Source: Raillietiella orientalis (Eukaryota). Taken from it: DNA of 64,000 nt. A model generated the notes under the pieces. It worked only from the letters and a program-made list of their open reading frames with translations. It made no database searches and was not told the DNA's origin. The DNA lies in the NCBI GenBank assembly GCA_036172245.1, contig JAYWIR010000025.1, positions 1,736,001 to 1,800,000 on the forward strand, read 5' to 3'. This document shows positions 37,201-49,200 of the stretch, in pieces. Every line of letters starts with the position of its first letter. Within the stretch, counting starts at the first letter, position 1. The translations under genes and the position numbers were made by a program.

Positions 37201-40200
37201 ACTCGGAACGAACCTAAAGTTGCTTCGAGGTCACGAGGAAAGTTGCCGTGCGGCCATCAAGAGTTTTTCCTCTTGTTGCAGGGTCTTTCCACTGTGATAA
37301 TGGAGGCTTCGTGAATGCAAAGTTCCAGTGCGACGGAGCGGATGACTGCGGAGACATGAGCGACGAAGCCAACTGTCCCGATTTGTGTCACTACTACGTG
37401 AAGAGCAGCGGGGATTCCATCGAAAGCCCTGGCTACCCTCAGAAGTACAGCAGCAACCTGAACTGCAAATGGACCTTGGAAGGACCCGAGGGATACGATA
37501 TCAAGCTGCAGGTGACAAAGCGGAGAACAATTTGTAGCTGCAAGTGGGGAACGGTGCCTCCCTGTTCGGCCCAAACAGCAAAGAAACTTCTGGGTCGAAC
37601 AGAAAAGCCGTTCTTTCACTTGGGTTCTTTCCTAATAGGAATGGGTTCGAAAGTTCCAGTCCTGCTGCTGATTCGATGTTTCGAACCTGTGGCTTTCGCC
37701 ATCTAAGAATGTGGCCTTTTTATTTCCTTTTATTTTTCAAAAGAAATGACGAAATGTTTAAATAAACTGACACCATTAATTAATTCCTCCTGCTCTCGCT
37801 AGATGGAAACCGTTTTTTTTCCTCCCATATCTGTGTATATGCAAATGAAGTGAATCTTTCTCGCATTTAGTTTTCGTCATTTGATACGGAGAAGAATTTC
37901 GACACCGTGAAGATCCTAAATGGTGGAAGAAGTGAGCACTCCGCCGTCACCATGGCGACCTTGTCTGGAAAACTGGACCTGTCCTCGCGCCTATTTGTCA
38001 CGGCGTCCAACCTCATGATAATCAAGTTCAGGACAGACTCTTCCGTCGAGCGTCGTGGGTTCAGGGCCTCGTGGAAAACAGAGCCTCAGACTTGCGGCGG
38101 ACGGCTACTAGTGACACCCCAACCCAAAACTCTCATGTCCCCAGGCTATCCGCAGCAGTGTCCAGGAGGCCTCGAGTGCCTGTACATCCTGAAGGCAATA
38201 CAGGGACAAATCATCACTCTAGAGGTGAGTCAGCAAAGCAACGGGGAAGGAAGACCAGCGATCCCGCTGTTTTAGATTCTGGATTTGGACTTGGAGCCCA
38301 ACAAAGACTACATCTTGATACGTAACGGCGAAAGTCCCAAAGACCAAGAGCTGCAGCGCTTGACTGGGAACACAACTTCAAGATTCATCTCCAGTACGAC
38401 CAACAAAATGTACATCTTCATCAAGAGCGACTTTGGCAGCTCAAGAAGGGGATTCAAGATGAATTACTTTTCTGGTTGGTGTTTTCTTTCTCTCAATCCG
38501 AATTCCCTTCTTTTTCCTCTTTTTCTGGATATGGGAGCTGGATCGTTGCGAAAGATTTTCCTTGGCATAAAATCACTCGCAAAGATTCTTCGTAGTTACT
38601 GAGATCCCCTTCATCTTCTCCCCTTTCTCCCCTTTCCCCTTAACAACGATCCCCATTTCAAAGCCCAGAGACCTCGGCATCAGCCTTGGGAAGTTTCCGG
38701 ATCTTCCGGAGTATTCGCAGTGAAAAAACGCGCGAATACGCGTTTGAACACACGAACAAGCTAGCTCTTGCCCAAGAGGAGTCCAGGAAGGAGGGAAGAA
38801 ACGGGAAAGGGGAGGTTACGAAAACCATGCGAATGCACACGCAGGATCGCTTGCAAAGGCTGTGCAGATGTACAGTCGGTTCCTTCCAGCCCAAACTGTT
38901 GCGGATCCCAAACTCTTGCTGTCTTTCGGAGCATTACCCTCTGATTCGGGACGAGCCAGGGTTATCGGGAAGTTCACTTCCTCGCGGCTCACCTCGCCTC
39001 TTTCCTCAGGATGCAACATTGTCTTGGAACAGCGCTCGGGTATCCTCACGTCGCCTGCTTTCGGTGTGCTCCCTTACCCCAACAACCTGGCCTGCAATTA
39101 CCTCATCAAGAATCCCAGAGGGACGCCTCTGTCTCTGATCTTCTACCAACTGGACTTGAGTGACAACGACTTTGTCCAGGTAAGAAATTGTGGTTGCACG
39201 GAAGGTATGTGCTGCTGCGAATGAGAGCGGAAGAACACGTCTTTCGTGCTGCTCAGAAACGCACGAGCGGTTCTTCTTGTACCCTTCTGTCCATTTTTCC
39301 TTTCTATTGCTGATGACAGGCGTGAGTGTCACGTTACTCGGAAGGCATTCAGAAGATCCTCTTGGAAAACCACTACTTGCTCAACCCTGTTTTCGCAAGG
39401 AAACGTGTAGTCTTGGATGGACCACAAGAGAAAGAGATCCTCTAACCATCGAAAGTGTGAAAAATGGCGAGTGATCGGTCCAGGAACGAGCTCGGCAGTG
39501 GAGGTCTCCCGCGTCACGTCCGCGGAGCTTGCGCAGGCTCTCTTCCGCTAAATGCTGCAGACGATTGCCGTTCGCGTTGGTCTCCGGATAAAACCCCTTG
39601 GACGATCCCCTCACCCCAGCTTGTAATGCTGGGTCATGCGGCTGCTTCGACACAGCTTCTGCCTTCTCTGAGAGATCATGGAAACGATGGCAAATGATTT
39701 TCTCTTCTTCTCCCATCCTGTCACGGAGATGGTTCGGAAAAATCGCGTCTTTCGGAGAGCATGCTCTTGCGGAGTCGAAACGAAAGATCCTGGGTCCCCA
39801 CGATCCGGAATTTTTTCTCGCTACCCATGGTTTCGATCAGAGTTGGAGGAGGCTCCCGACTCTCAACACTCTGCCTCGGGCCATCTTCGGTACGACGTCC
39901 TCAGCAGCCTCCGAGCTTTTATCCAGAGAGATGAGGAGAGAGGAAAAGTAGGGTGCCGAAATTCTTTGCCTACTTTCCTACTTTTTAAGGATGAGATTCG
40001 TTCTTCGTCGAGAGAGAACGGTCCTTTCAGTCAGCTTGCTCTGCAGCAGCGTCCGCGAGACGGCAAGGCAAGAGAACGGAGCTCTGGACAAGCGATCTGA
40101 GGCCCTCCGTTGCTACCCCTGCTTCTTACCGTGAGCTGCAAGGCTTCTGAAGGAGTCCGCAAGGTTCCTGAAATTCCTGCCTCTCGACAGCGGTGGCTGA

Positions 40201-43200
40201 TCTTCCTGCAGTCCGTTCCTAGGGAGACTTTCATTTGGTCTCAAACCGCCTGTGCCGGGAGGCATACGCGTAGATAATTCGGCTGTCTCCGACTCACGTC
40301 CCATTCGTCGGGGAGCACGTGCTCCGGGAGACGGACTTGAAATCCTCTGCAGGCATCTTCATCTCCATGTCTCGATGGCCGATGTACTATGCTTGAGCGA
40401 GAGTAGCTCCTCATTCCTTCCGGTTTGGGAGGAAGAAAGGGAGGGGGTGGAAGGTAGAAGGGAAAAGTCGCTGCACAGATGGACTGCATGTCACAGTTGC
40501 TAGTATAAAACAGTTCATCCACGTGGAGCAACTTTGTCCAATCTCTTACTTATCTACCTTTTCCTGGATCCACCAGGAGGAAAAGTTGGATCTCAAAATG
40601 AAGCGATAAGGAAGAGATGGACCAATTGCTAAAGGTTGTGAAGTGATGAGGTACGGAAGAGTGCTCGGCATCCTTGTGGGACCAAAGTCTTGAGTGCTAT
40701 TGGAGGGTACGAACCCTAGAAATCATTCTCTTCTATTTTTCCCTGCCTGAGCGCCGAGTCGTCCACCCCGAGACCGGACGACTCGTGGCACTCCTCTCCA
40801 GCTGCTGCTCCTGAAAAGTTTCGTTCCCGTCGGGAGATCGCGACGGAAGATATGAAATCATCAGATACGCAATCTAGGAGGAGGATTAGAAAGCGCAGCG
40901 TTCTGGTCCTGAAGAAAGAAAACACACGTTGGCGGCCTCTGGCTGCGGTCTCCGCGCGTGGTGTACCAAGCGTTGCGGGTTCGAATCCCCACGTGGAAGA
41001 TCGATGACGAGAAATGGGGGTGCATCATGGGTTTTGATCCTCCCCTCCACAGGATGATGCTGGTTGGCCTGTGGGATTTAGATGCGACACTGGTGAAAAC
41101 TGGATGGCACCGTGACTGGCTTCCGAGATTGGGAGTCAACCCTCCGAGGTCCTTCCAGGAATCAAGGAGTCCTTCGGGGTTCCCACGGGCTGTGAAAATA
41201 AAGCCGTCACGTATCATGGAGCTCGTTGATACCCCCTCGGGGTTCGCCTATTCCCTTTGGGGAGCGACCCTTCGGGATTCTCTTCAGAGGAGGAGGAAAC
41301 AAGGAGCGGTTCCCTTGCGGGGGTTCCATCCGGAGAAGAAATTCCAGATCATCCTTTCCGGGTTCCCTCCGGAGAAGAAAGGAAGAGCGACCCCGAAAAC
41401 TGGGGATTCCTTCCGGAAAGGATTAGGAAGAGGTTCCCTTTGGGGTTCCCTACCAAGAGTTAGAGAGGAACGGACTCTTTCCTCCGGAGCCCTTTCTGTA
41501 TTCATAGGGTGGTCCCTCTGGGATCACCCCCTACAACTTGAAGAGTTACACGCGCTCTCGGGTGGCGTGAGCAGCGTAAAAGAGCTCTGTGAACCTCTTC
41601 TTCACCCCCCGAGGAGGCGCGAAGGGTTCTTCAGCATTTGGCGAACCAGAAAAAAAAGAATCCCATCTAAAAAAGAAGCTGGAAGGAAAGCAGCAAAAAC
41701 AGAAGATTTCCATCATCCTAGGCCAATAGTAACGATCTCTTCTGAGGTCATTACTGACCCTTTTTTTACAAAAAAAAAAAAAGGAAAGAAAGAAAGCAGC
41801 ACCATGCATCAGATGCTCCTCTAGAAAAACAAAAAACAGAAGAATGAAAGGAGGCCCCGGAAACAGTCCAAAACGATGTAGCGTCAAGCTCTTAGGGCCT
41901 TTCAAAGGCACTTCTTTAAGGGCAGCAGCTTTCGGGAAGAAGCTGCCCCATCTCCGTACGGTGACCGTCTACTTACCTGAACTACGAGTGGTAGCATTCG
42001 AAATAAAAAGAAGCCACATCATGTTTCAGGGATAGGTTCAGGTACTGTTGGTCTTGGAGATAGTCCTTAAGAAGAGCGCAGAGACGGAAGAGCGCAGAAG
42101 TCGGGCCTGGAGGTGGATTCAAGTTCGATGCGATCATCTTCCCACATGCCGGGGATAGGATCGCTTCTCGGTAAAGAGGTCACTCGCCCTTCGCTGTCCC
42201 AGTCCGTTTCTGAGGATGGCGGAAGAAAGCCTGGAAGATTCGAAAACATCTTTACACAGGAAAGGCTTCAACGGAACAGCAACTTACGTTTCCGGGATGC
42301 AGAGACAAAAACCCATTTTCTGGCACGACGACTCTCTCGTCCTGCGATCGTCTTCCTTGAAAACGGAAGAAGAAACGGAAACTACTGAAGGAAGAAAAGA
42401 TGCCCGACTTTCGGGAACCGAGATCGGATTCCTCAGCAGATACTGCCATCTCATGCTGCACCTGTGAAAAGCAGTCAACCGTTACGAAAATGGTCCAGAC
42501 TCTTCTATTGCTCTTGCGCAAATTCATCTTTCGAGAGAGAGCTTACCGCAAAGGCGGTAGGGTTGCCGCATCTGTGATAGCACTGTTCGGTTATCCGACC
42601 ATGGACACAGGAACTTTGCTTCGGGAGGTATCGGCTGATTTCAACCGGAAACCAACAGACGGATCTTCTCCTGCCTCACAGGACTAGGAGCAAACAAAAT
42701 GGCAGATGAGAAGTCGTCCCACAGAAACGTGTCGTGCAGGTTTTCTTGTTCCCCATCTTCCTTTTTCTGTTCCTCGATATCCTTGGCGTAGACGGGTCTT
42801 AAGCCATGCGTCTTGCGGTTACGCCAGTGCATGAACATCAACAGTAGGCGCCTCTGAAACGAGGTCTTTGGTCATCGGAAACGTGGGAATGGTGGGACGA
42901 AATGAGATGCAATGTGTGCTTTGAAGAGGGAGGCTCGTGAAGGGATTCTCGACCACATGTACGTTTGATGCTGAACACTGTCGTCGGCTGCGAGCTCCCC
43001 CGTACCAGGGCTCGTTTGTGCTCCATGGGAAATCCGGGACACGAAAGAGGCAACCCAATATACTCGAGCAGCCGTCCTTACAGCAAAGCATCGATCAGAC
43101 TGGTTTCGCAACATGCGATCATTCGATATTTTTAAATTTTCTTCTCCTCCTCCTTCTCCCTGATTTTCTTATCTAAAGGTTGATAAAAGTAGCGGCACGA

Positions 43201-46200
43201 CTTGATCTGGGAGGCATCTTCCTGGATTCCAGAGGGAGAGTGAAATTCCGAGCTCTGCTTCAAGTGAATCTGGAAATACCCGAGCAACGAATTTCGTTCT
43301 TTTCCATCCTTGCTCGTGCTCAAAGTTGGCAGGAAAGTGGACACGACTTGATTTTGTGGGAACAGCCATTGCAACACGGGCGTCTTATCTATTTCGAAAT
43401 TATTTCTGGAACTCATACGGTGGAAGAAAGATATTGATCCCGATTTATTGATGAGGAGTTGTTTCGTCAGATACCACCATCGCGTCAGCCTGCGTACTTG
43501 AGGAGAAGCAATAAGTGATTTTCGCCTTGTAATTTCGTTCCCGTAGAACTTTCTCTCCGGTCAGCTGGGTTGACTTTTCCTCCCCATTCGATGTGTCACA
43601 ACAGCCGTTCGCCACTCGGCATTGCCGTGCTCGCATTGCATCACGTGCTTAAAGGACATTCGTTGGGTCTGTTTTGTCTTTCCTTCCTTGAGGAAACAGG
43701 AGAGCCCAGGAACAGGCACCTCGTTCCCCGTTACGAAAATCGCCAGATGAGTCCAGCGGCGTTTGGGGGGAAGAGCGTTACGTTTTTTTTTCCTTCCGTG
43801 ATGCCGGAGAGTGGTTTTTAGAACATCAGAAGCGCCCCAATTCGGTGAGAAGCGAAAAGGAGGAATGTGCCCGAGAGACCCAATTTTAGGAGGAGGCGAT
43901 TTCTGCTTTGCATCGGTTATTAAAAACTTTCTCTGCTTTTCGCCAAGAATCCCTATGCAGGCTGTCCGGGGTGCACCTTGACCAAATGTCTCCGGCGATT
44001 GGCAGTTTACGTTTCCGCGTCTGGGAGGAGCTGTGGCGTGGGTCACAAAAGCTGCCCGTATCGAAAGCAAAGCAGTGATTCTGGGGGAACGATTTGCTTG
44101 ACAACCAGCTTTCTCCCTTGAGAAATCTCACACGACTCTGGTTGATTGATACGAATTAGCGCTTTATCTGGAAAACGCAGCCTTATGGCACCCCCGCTAT
44201 CGCTTGCTTTCCCCCATCTTGGCATGATTTCATTTCTCTCCAGCACCGATCCCTGGCGATACTTTGAGCTCCACCAGATCTGAGTTCACGACATCGGCGG
44301 TGGCGAGACGAAACAGTTGTAGAAGAATTTTGGTCTCATCTCAGATGAAGCATGAAAAAAAAAAATGAACACTCTTTTCTTTTCTTTCTTTTTTTTTTTA
44401 AAAAAAAGCACCACAGATGCTGAGGGTTTTTGGCCGTGAAGGCGCTTGCCCGCCTGTGCAGCAACGAAGGAGCTCAGGAAGATCAAAAGACGAGGGGAGG
44501 CTGGCACGGGACTCGTTCCTTGGAGCAGCAGCTTCCTCAGACGTGTCCGCGGATGTGGGAAAGACACTTCTCGAAGTACTAGTCTAGTGGATTGACGCGC
44601 TGATTCGGCGAAACCGAACGGGAGGATCGGATACGGAGGCGAAAGTAGAGGACGGATGGGGGGGAGGGACCGCGCGGACCTTGGTCGCCCGCGGAACGAG
44701 TTGTCGAATTGGATCTTGCGTTTCCGCATCGCTGACGGGCGGGCGTCCCTCGGTCTTCGAGCAGGCTGCAGAGGCAGCGTCGAAAAGGTGCATAGGGAAA
44801 GCTCGAGAACGCTATCGAGAGAGACGGCCTGGAGGGCTCAGGGTCTTCCACGTGTTCGCGCTTCGCGCACCTGCGTTCCTGGTTCCAAGCTTGCCTGAGC
44901 CGGCGCTGCCGTGGCCTCGCAGCTTCTCGAAGGAAGGGAGCTCCTACCACGTGGGGGCACTGAGAATGTGGTACGTGGAAACGGTTGCCGCTACGAGCTC
45001 AGGCGCCGGTTGCCTCTGTCCCGTTCAAGTAACCGTAAGCTGCTTGTGCGCTTTTGCTCCGCAACGAAGGCGTCGTCTGTCTAACGCAGGGTTCCCACGG
45101 TTACGCAAATAACGGCTAACGAGTCTTTCAAAACCATAAATTCCTCTTCTTTCTTTCTTTTTTTTGTTTTTTGTTTTCCAATTTCCTTGCCCTCCTTCGT
45201 CGATGTGCGGGCAATTCCGGAAGTAGTTCGGTCGGAAATTCACCGGGCCCGTGGGCCCGGGGAAATTTCGTACCGCTGAAACGAAACGCCCAAGGTACAC
45301 ATCCTTTACTTGGGAGGACGGGAGGGGGCTAATGATTGCCGCGAATTAAGCCGCAACCAATCACAGTCGATCCGGCAATTATCCCGTGGTCTTCGTCCTC
45401 GGATCTCTGGTAGAGAGGGGGACGTTGGGCGAAGCGTGAAGCCCAAGTGGGCGTGTACACCGTTTCGAGCCGACCCGCGGCGCAGCTGGGCTTTCCTTCC
45501 CCGTCGTCAAGGAGTGACTCGCTCCGGCGGCTTCCATCTGTCCGGCTTCCTCGTCTCCCAGCACCGGTCGCGCGTCACCTCAAGCGCCTGTTCGCTTCGG
45601 TGCCGTCAGAAAAGCCAGCTCCGTCTGCTCGGTCACTCTGATAAGCCCCTGAGGTGATCACATTGTTGCGGCAGTCATATCTTCGGGATCCTTTGCAGAG
45701 AGTCCTTATCTTCCTTGATACGCTCTTTCCGTGCGGGTGATTTTCGTCCGCGTCATTCACGCGGAGCGGATTGACCGCCACTGGGATTTGTGTGTGTGTT
45801 TTTTTCCGTTCTCTGAGGCGAGGAAGGCCAGCATTGACTTCTCGGATGAGGATCTTGAATCCGTCGGTCAGCAGTAACTGACGGTAACGGCTTCGGAAGG
45901 CCCAGAAGCTGCGGAAGCCCCAGAGTTACTCCCGTGAGCGGATTCCTGTGGGTGGGCAGGCTGACTCTGGAGGGATTCCTCAAGAAGCCTTGACGACCTA
46001 GACTTACTCGAGCGCCCTCGAAAAGTCCGCCGCGAAACACGTGTGGGGAGACAGAGAGAGGGAGGGGAGGGGGGTAGGAAGGTTGCTATTGCTTTGTGGG
46101 CGACGGCGGACACTCTTGGGCGAAGTCTGGGACTCACTGCCAGGTCTTCAAGTCGCGTGCCTCGAACGCCCCTTCCCTCCCCTCCCCCCACCTCCTCGTA

Positions 46201-49200
46201 CCGTCTCTGAGATTTTCGTTTTCCCTTCCCGCCGACCCTGCGCCTGGTCAAAGGCCTCTTCTCGATTCGGGAGCCGCGCGTTCATGCGGACCTCGCTTCC
46301 CCTCCCCCCTTTCCCTTCCCCGGCTGCTTGAAATTCTCACGGGACGCGGGAGGCTCTGCGAGATCCATGCGAGTTCATTCTTACAAAGCCCTGCGAGGGA
46401 ACCTTTTCTCGCCCCAGCGTTCTTGATCGGGAGAGTGGGGAAAGGAAAAAGAAGGGAAGAAAGGAAAAGACGCGCATGCGCGCGCACCGGGCTTTTCAAG
46501 GTCACGAAAAGGTAAGCCAGACCAGGATGCTGCGCTCGCTGCGCGGCTACCGAGAGTTCCTTCACACCAGGAGGATCCGCTCCGTGACTACGAATGGGAC
46601 CGGAGCGCGAGCGGACTCTCAAGAGCCCACAAGCAAAGAGCATCCCATCTCTTCCATTCCCACACGTGGTGGATTCACATTCGCGGAGCGGCTCCTCCTC
46701 CCTGCCGCGAGACGGGAAGATCTTCCCTCCTTCTCCAGAATCCCCACCCGGATTGCTTCCATCCTCCTAAGAGGGAGTGCTCGCTCCATGTTCTCTCTCT
46801 CTCTGCCTCCGGACCAAAACCGTTCCACCCACGGGAAGCAGCATTTTTCCCACGTGACGTCCGTCCTTTCCTGCGGCGGCCTGCCGCCAATGGCAAAGCA
46901 GGGCTGCGGTTTTTGGAGCCGTTGCACCTCCTTCACCTCCCTCAGCAAGCCTCAGACCATCCCTGAATCCTTGACCCATGAATAGTATTTAGCACGAGCC
47001 CGATGAGGGTGGATGGGTAGGTGGGATTAAGGGGATCTTCCTGGAACGGGAAGAACGCAGCAGCAGCGTGGATTGCTCTTCGCAGCTTCTGCCTCCCCTC
47101 TCTAAAGTCCGACGCCGTCGCTCAAGAGAGGGACTCCCCGCGAGCGCTACCTGCTCAGGCTTTCTCTTCTGCTGTCTCTAGACGGCTTGCACCAACTCTC
47201 GTCAGATGATCTCTCTGCTTGGCGCCGTCTGCACTCGGCATCCTGAAGGAGAGGGGAGGGGGAGAGAGACACCCTCTTATTCGGGTCAGTGCCTTTCTCC
47301 CTCTCCTCTTCGCTGAGCGTTCAGCCGTGTTCCTGTAGACGGTGAATTCCCCGTACAAAGAGAGATTTTTTCGTCCTTCCCTCTTGCGCCTCTCTCTGGC
47401 CAAGAAACCTTGATGGCTGTATCCTTCCGGTGGCTTCTTGGCTGGCGGGAGTCACTTCGGATGCTTGAGCTACTCAGAGGGCGCCAGGGTTCTGACTGTT
47501 TCCGCTTTCCCGAAGGCTTGTAGGGACTCCGGAAGAGCGAGAGAGCATCCGGTCTGGTTTGTTTTCTTCTCGATGACCTTTGGCTGGAGGGAGGGAGGAA
47601 AACCAAAGGGTGGTCCTTGCTTCGAGAGACCTCGTCTGGACCCTAACGCTTTTGCCTGTGACGACGACGTCGGCGCAGAGGCAGCGTCTCTTCCCATTTC
47701 ACTCATCCCCTCCTGATTGCTTTTCCATCTTCTCCTGCAGGTGTTTGACGGGTCGAACGACACGTCCCTGCGGCTGCACCCCGACAGGGGCTTCACGGGA
47801 AGGCAGTCCCATTCTCCCATTCTCACGGCGGAGTCCGGCGTGATGCTGGTTCGCTTCTTGACGGATCCCCTGAAGGCGGGAAGAGGGTGGAAAGCGGAAT
47901 TCTCCGCCGGTAAGGAGCCGCCGGCGCAAGGGGAGCAACCGGTCCTAGCCCAAGGAATCCAGACTGCCTGCCGATTGCGCCGGGAGAAGGTTCCCTGTCC
48001 TCCAACAGGGACACCCACTTCGGAACGACCACCATCTTCACATGCCCTCTCGGAAACGAGTTCGCCACTGGCGTCTCCAGGATCGTGAGCAGATGCATGC
48101 TAGGAGGGGAGTGGGATGTGGCCTACATCCCCAACTGCCAAGGTGACCCATCCTCGGAGGCGAGCGCACTAGCAGCAGCCTCTTACCCCCCCCTTCTCAC
48201 TGTCAGAGGTGTACTGTGGACCCGTGCCCCAGATCGACAACGGATTTTCCATAAGCTCTACCAACGTGACCTACAGGGGCAAAGTGACCTACCAGTGCTA
48301 TGCCGGCTTCGTGTTTCCCTCCGGGGCCCCCTTGGAGGTCGCGACCTGCACTGCCAACAAGACGTGGGAAAACGTGCCAACCTGCCTAGGTAACTAACCG
48401 TCCCTGAGGGTCACAGGGGAGAAAGGGGGGAGGTGAGGGGAAAGGAGGAGGAACGAGCGGGCATCCTCCACCTCCGCGCCACTTCCAGCTTCCCAATGCC
48501 TTCCTCTCCCCAACACCCCTCACGCGAACAAGAACATCCTCAACGGGGGTGGACGGAGCTACGGGACGGTCGCCCGGTTCGACTGCGAGCCAGGGTACTA
48601 CCGGTCTGGAGTCCCCATCATCCTGTGCAACAGCAATGGCAGCTGGTCGTCCCCTGTACCCACCTGCCACAGTGAGTCGCGCCCCGAGGGCACCTCGGGA
48701 ACCAGAGCGAGAGAGAAAAACGACCTTTTCCTCCCTCCCCTAGAGATCAGGTGCCACGAGTTCCCCGACATCAAGAACGGGTTCATCCTCAACACGGACA
48801 AGGAGCACCACTACGGGGACGAGGCCCTCGTGCAGTGCTACAGAGGCTTCCAGCTACACGGCTCCAACACCATCACCTGCGGACCAGAGGGGAAGTTCAT
48901 CAACCTGCCTACTTGCTCAGGTGCGCGCGCACTCTTTTCTCGAGGGCATTGAGAGTTTTCTGCGGGGGCAGAGGGATGGGGAGAGGAGGAAGTGGGAGGG
49001 AAGCGACTGCGATTTCCCCCTTCCTGCTCTCCTGCCCTCGCGAGTGCCGGAGACTTGTCTGGGACGACTCATTCACGTTCTCTCCAACATTGGTTTCTTC
49101 CCCACCCCAAACCCGTAGAAGTCGTTTCCTCGGAAGGAAGTAGGGGTTGGGATAGACTCCCGTCTTGAGAGCGCAGTCTCCGCGCCTCGGTCTCACCTTT

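Noticed and set aside
40978..40991. GGTTCGAATCCCCA B-box-like motif, also at ~27899
   Set aside because: No upstream A box or cloverleaf; the context fits a decayed LINE endonuclease region better.
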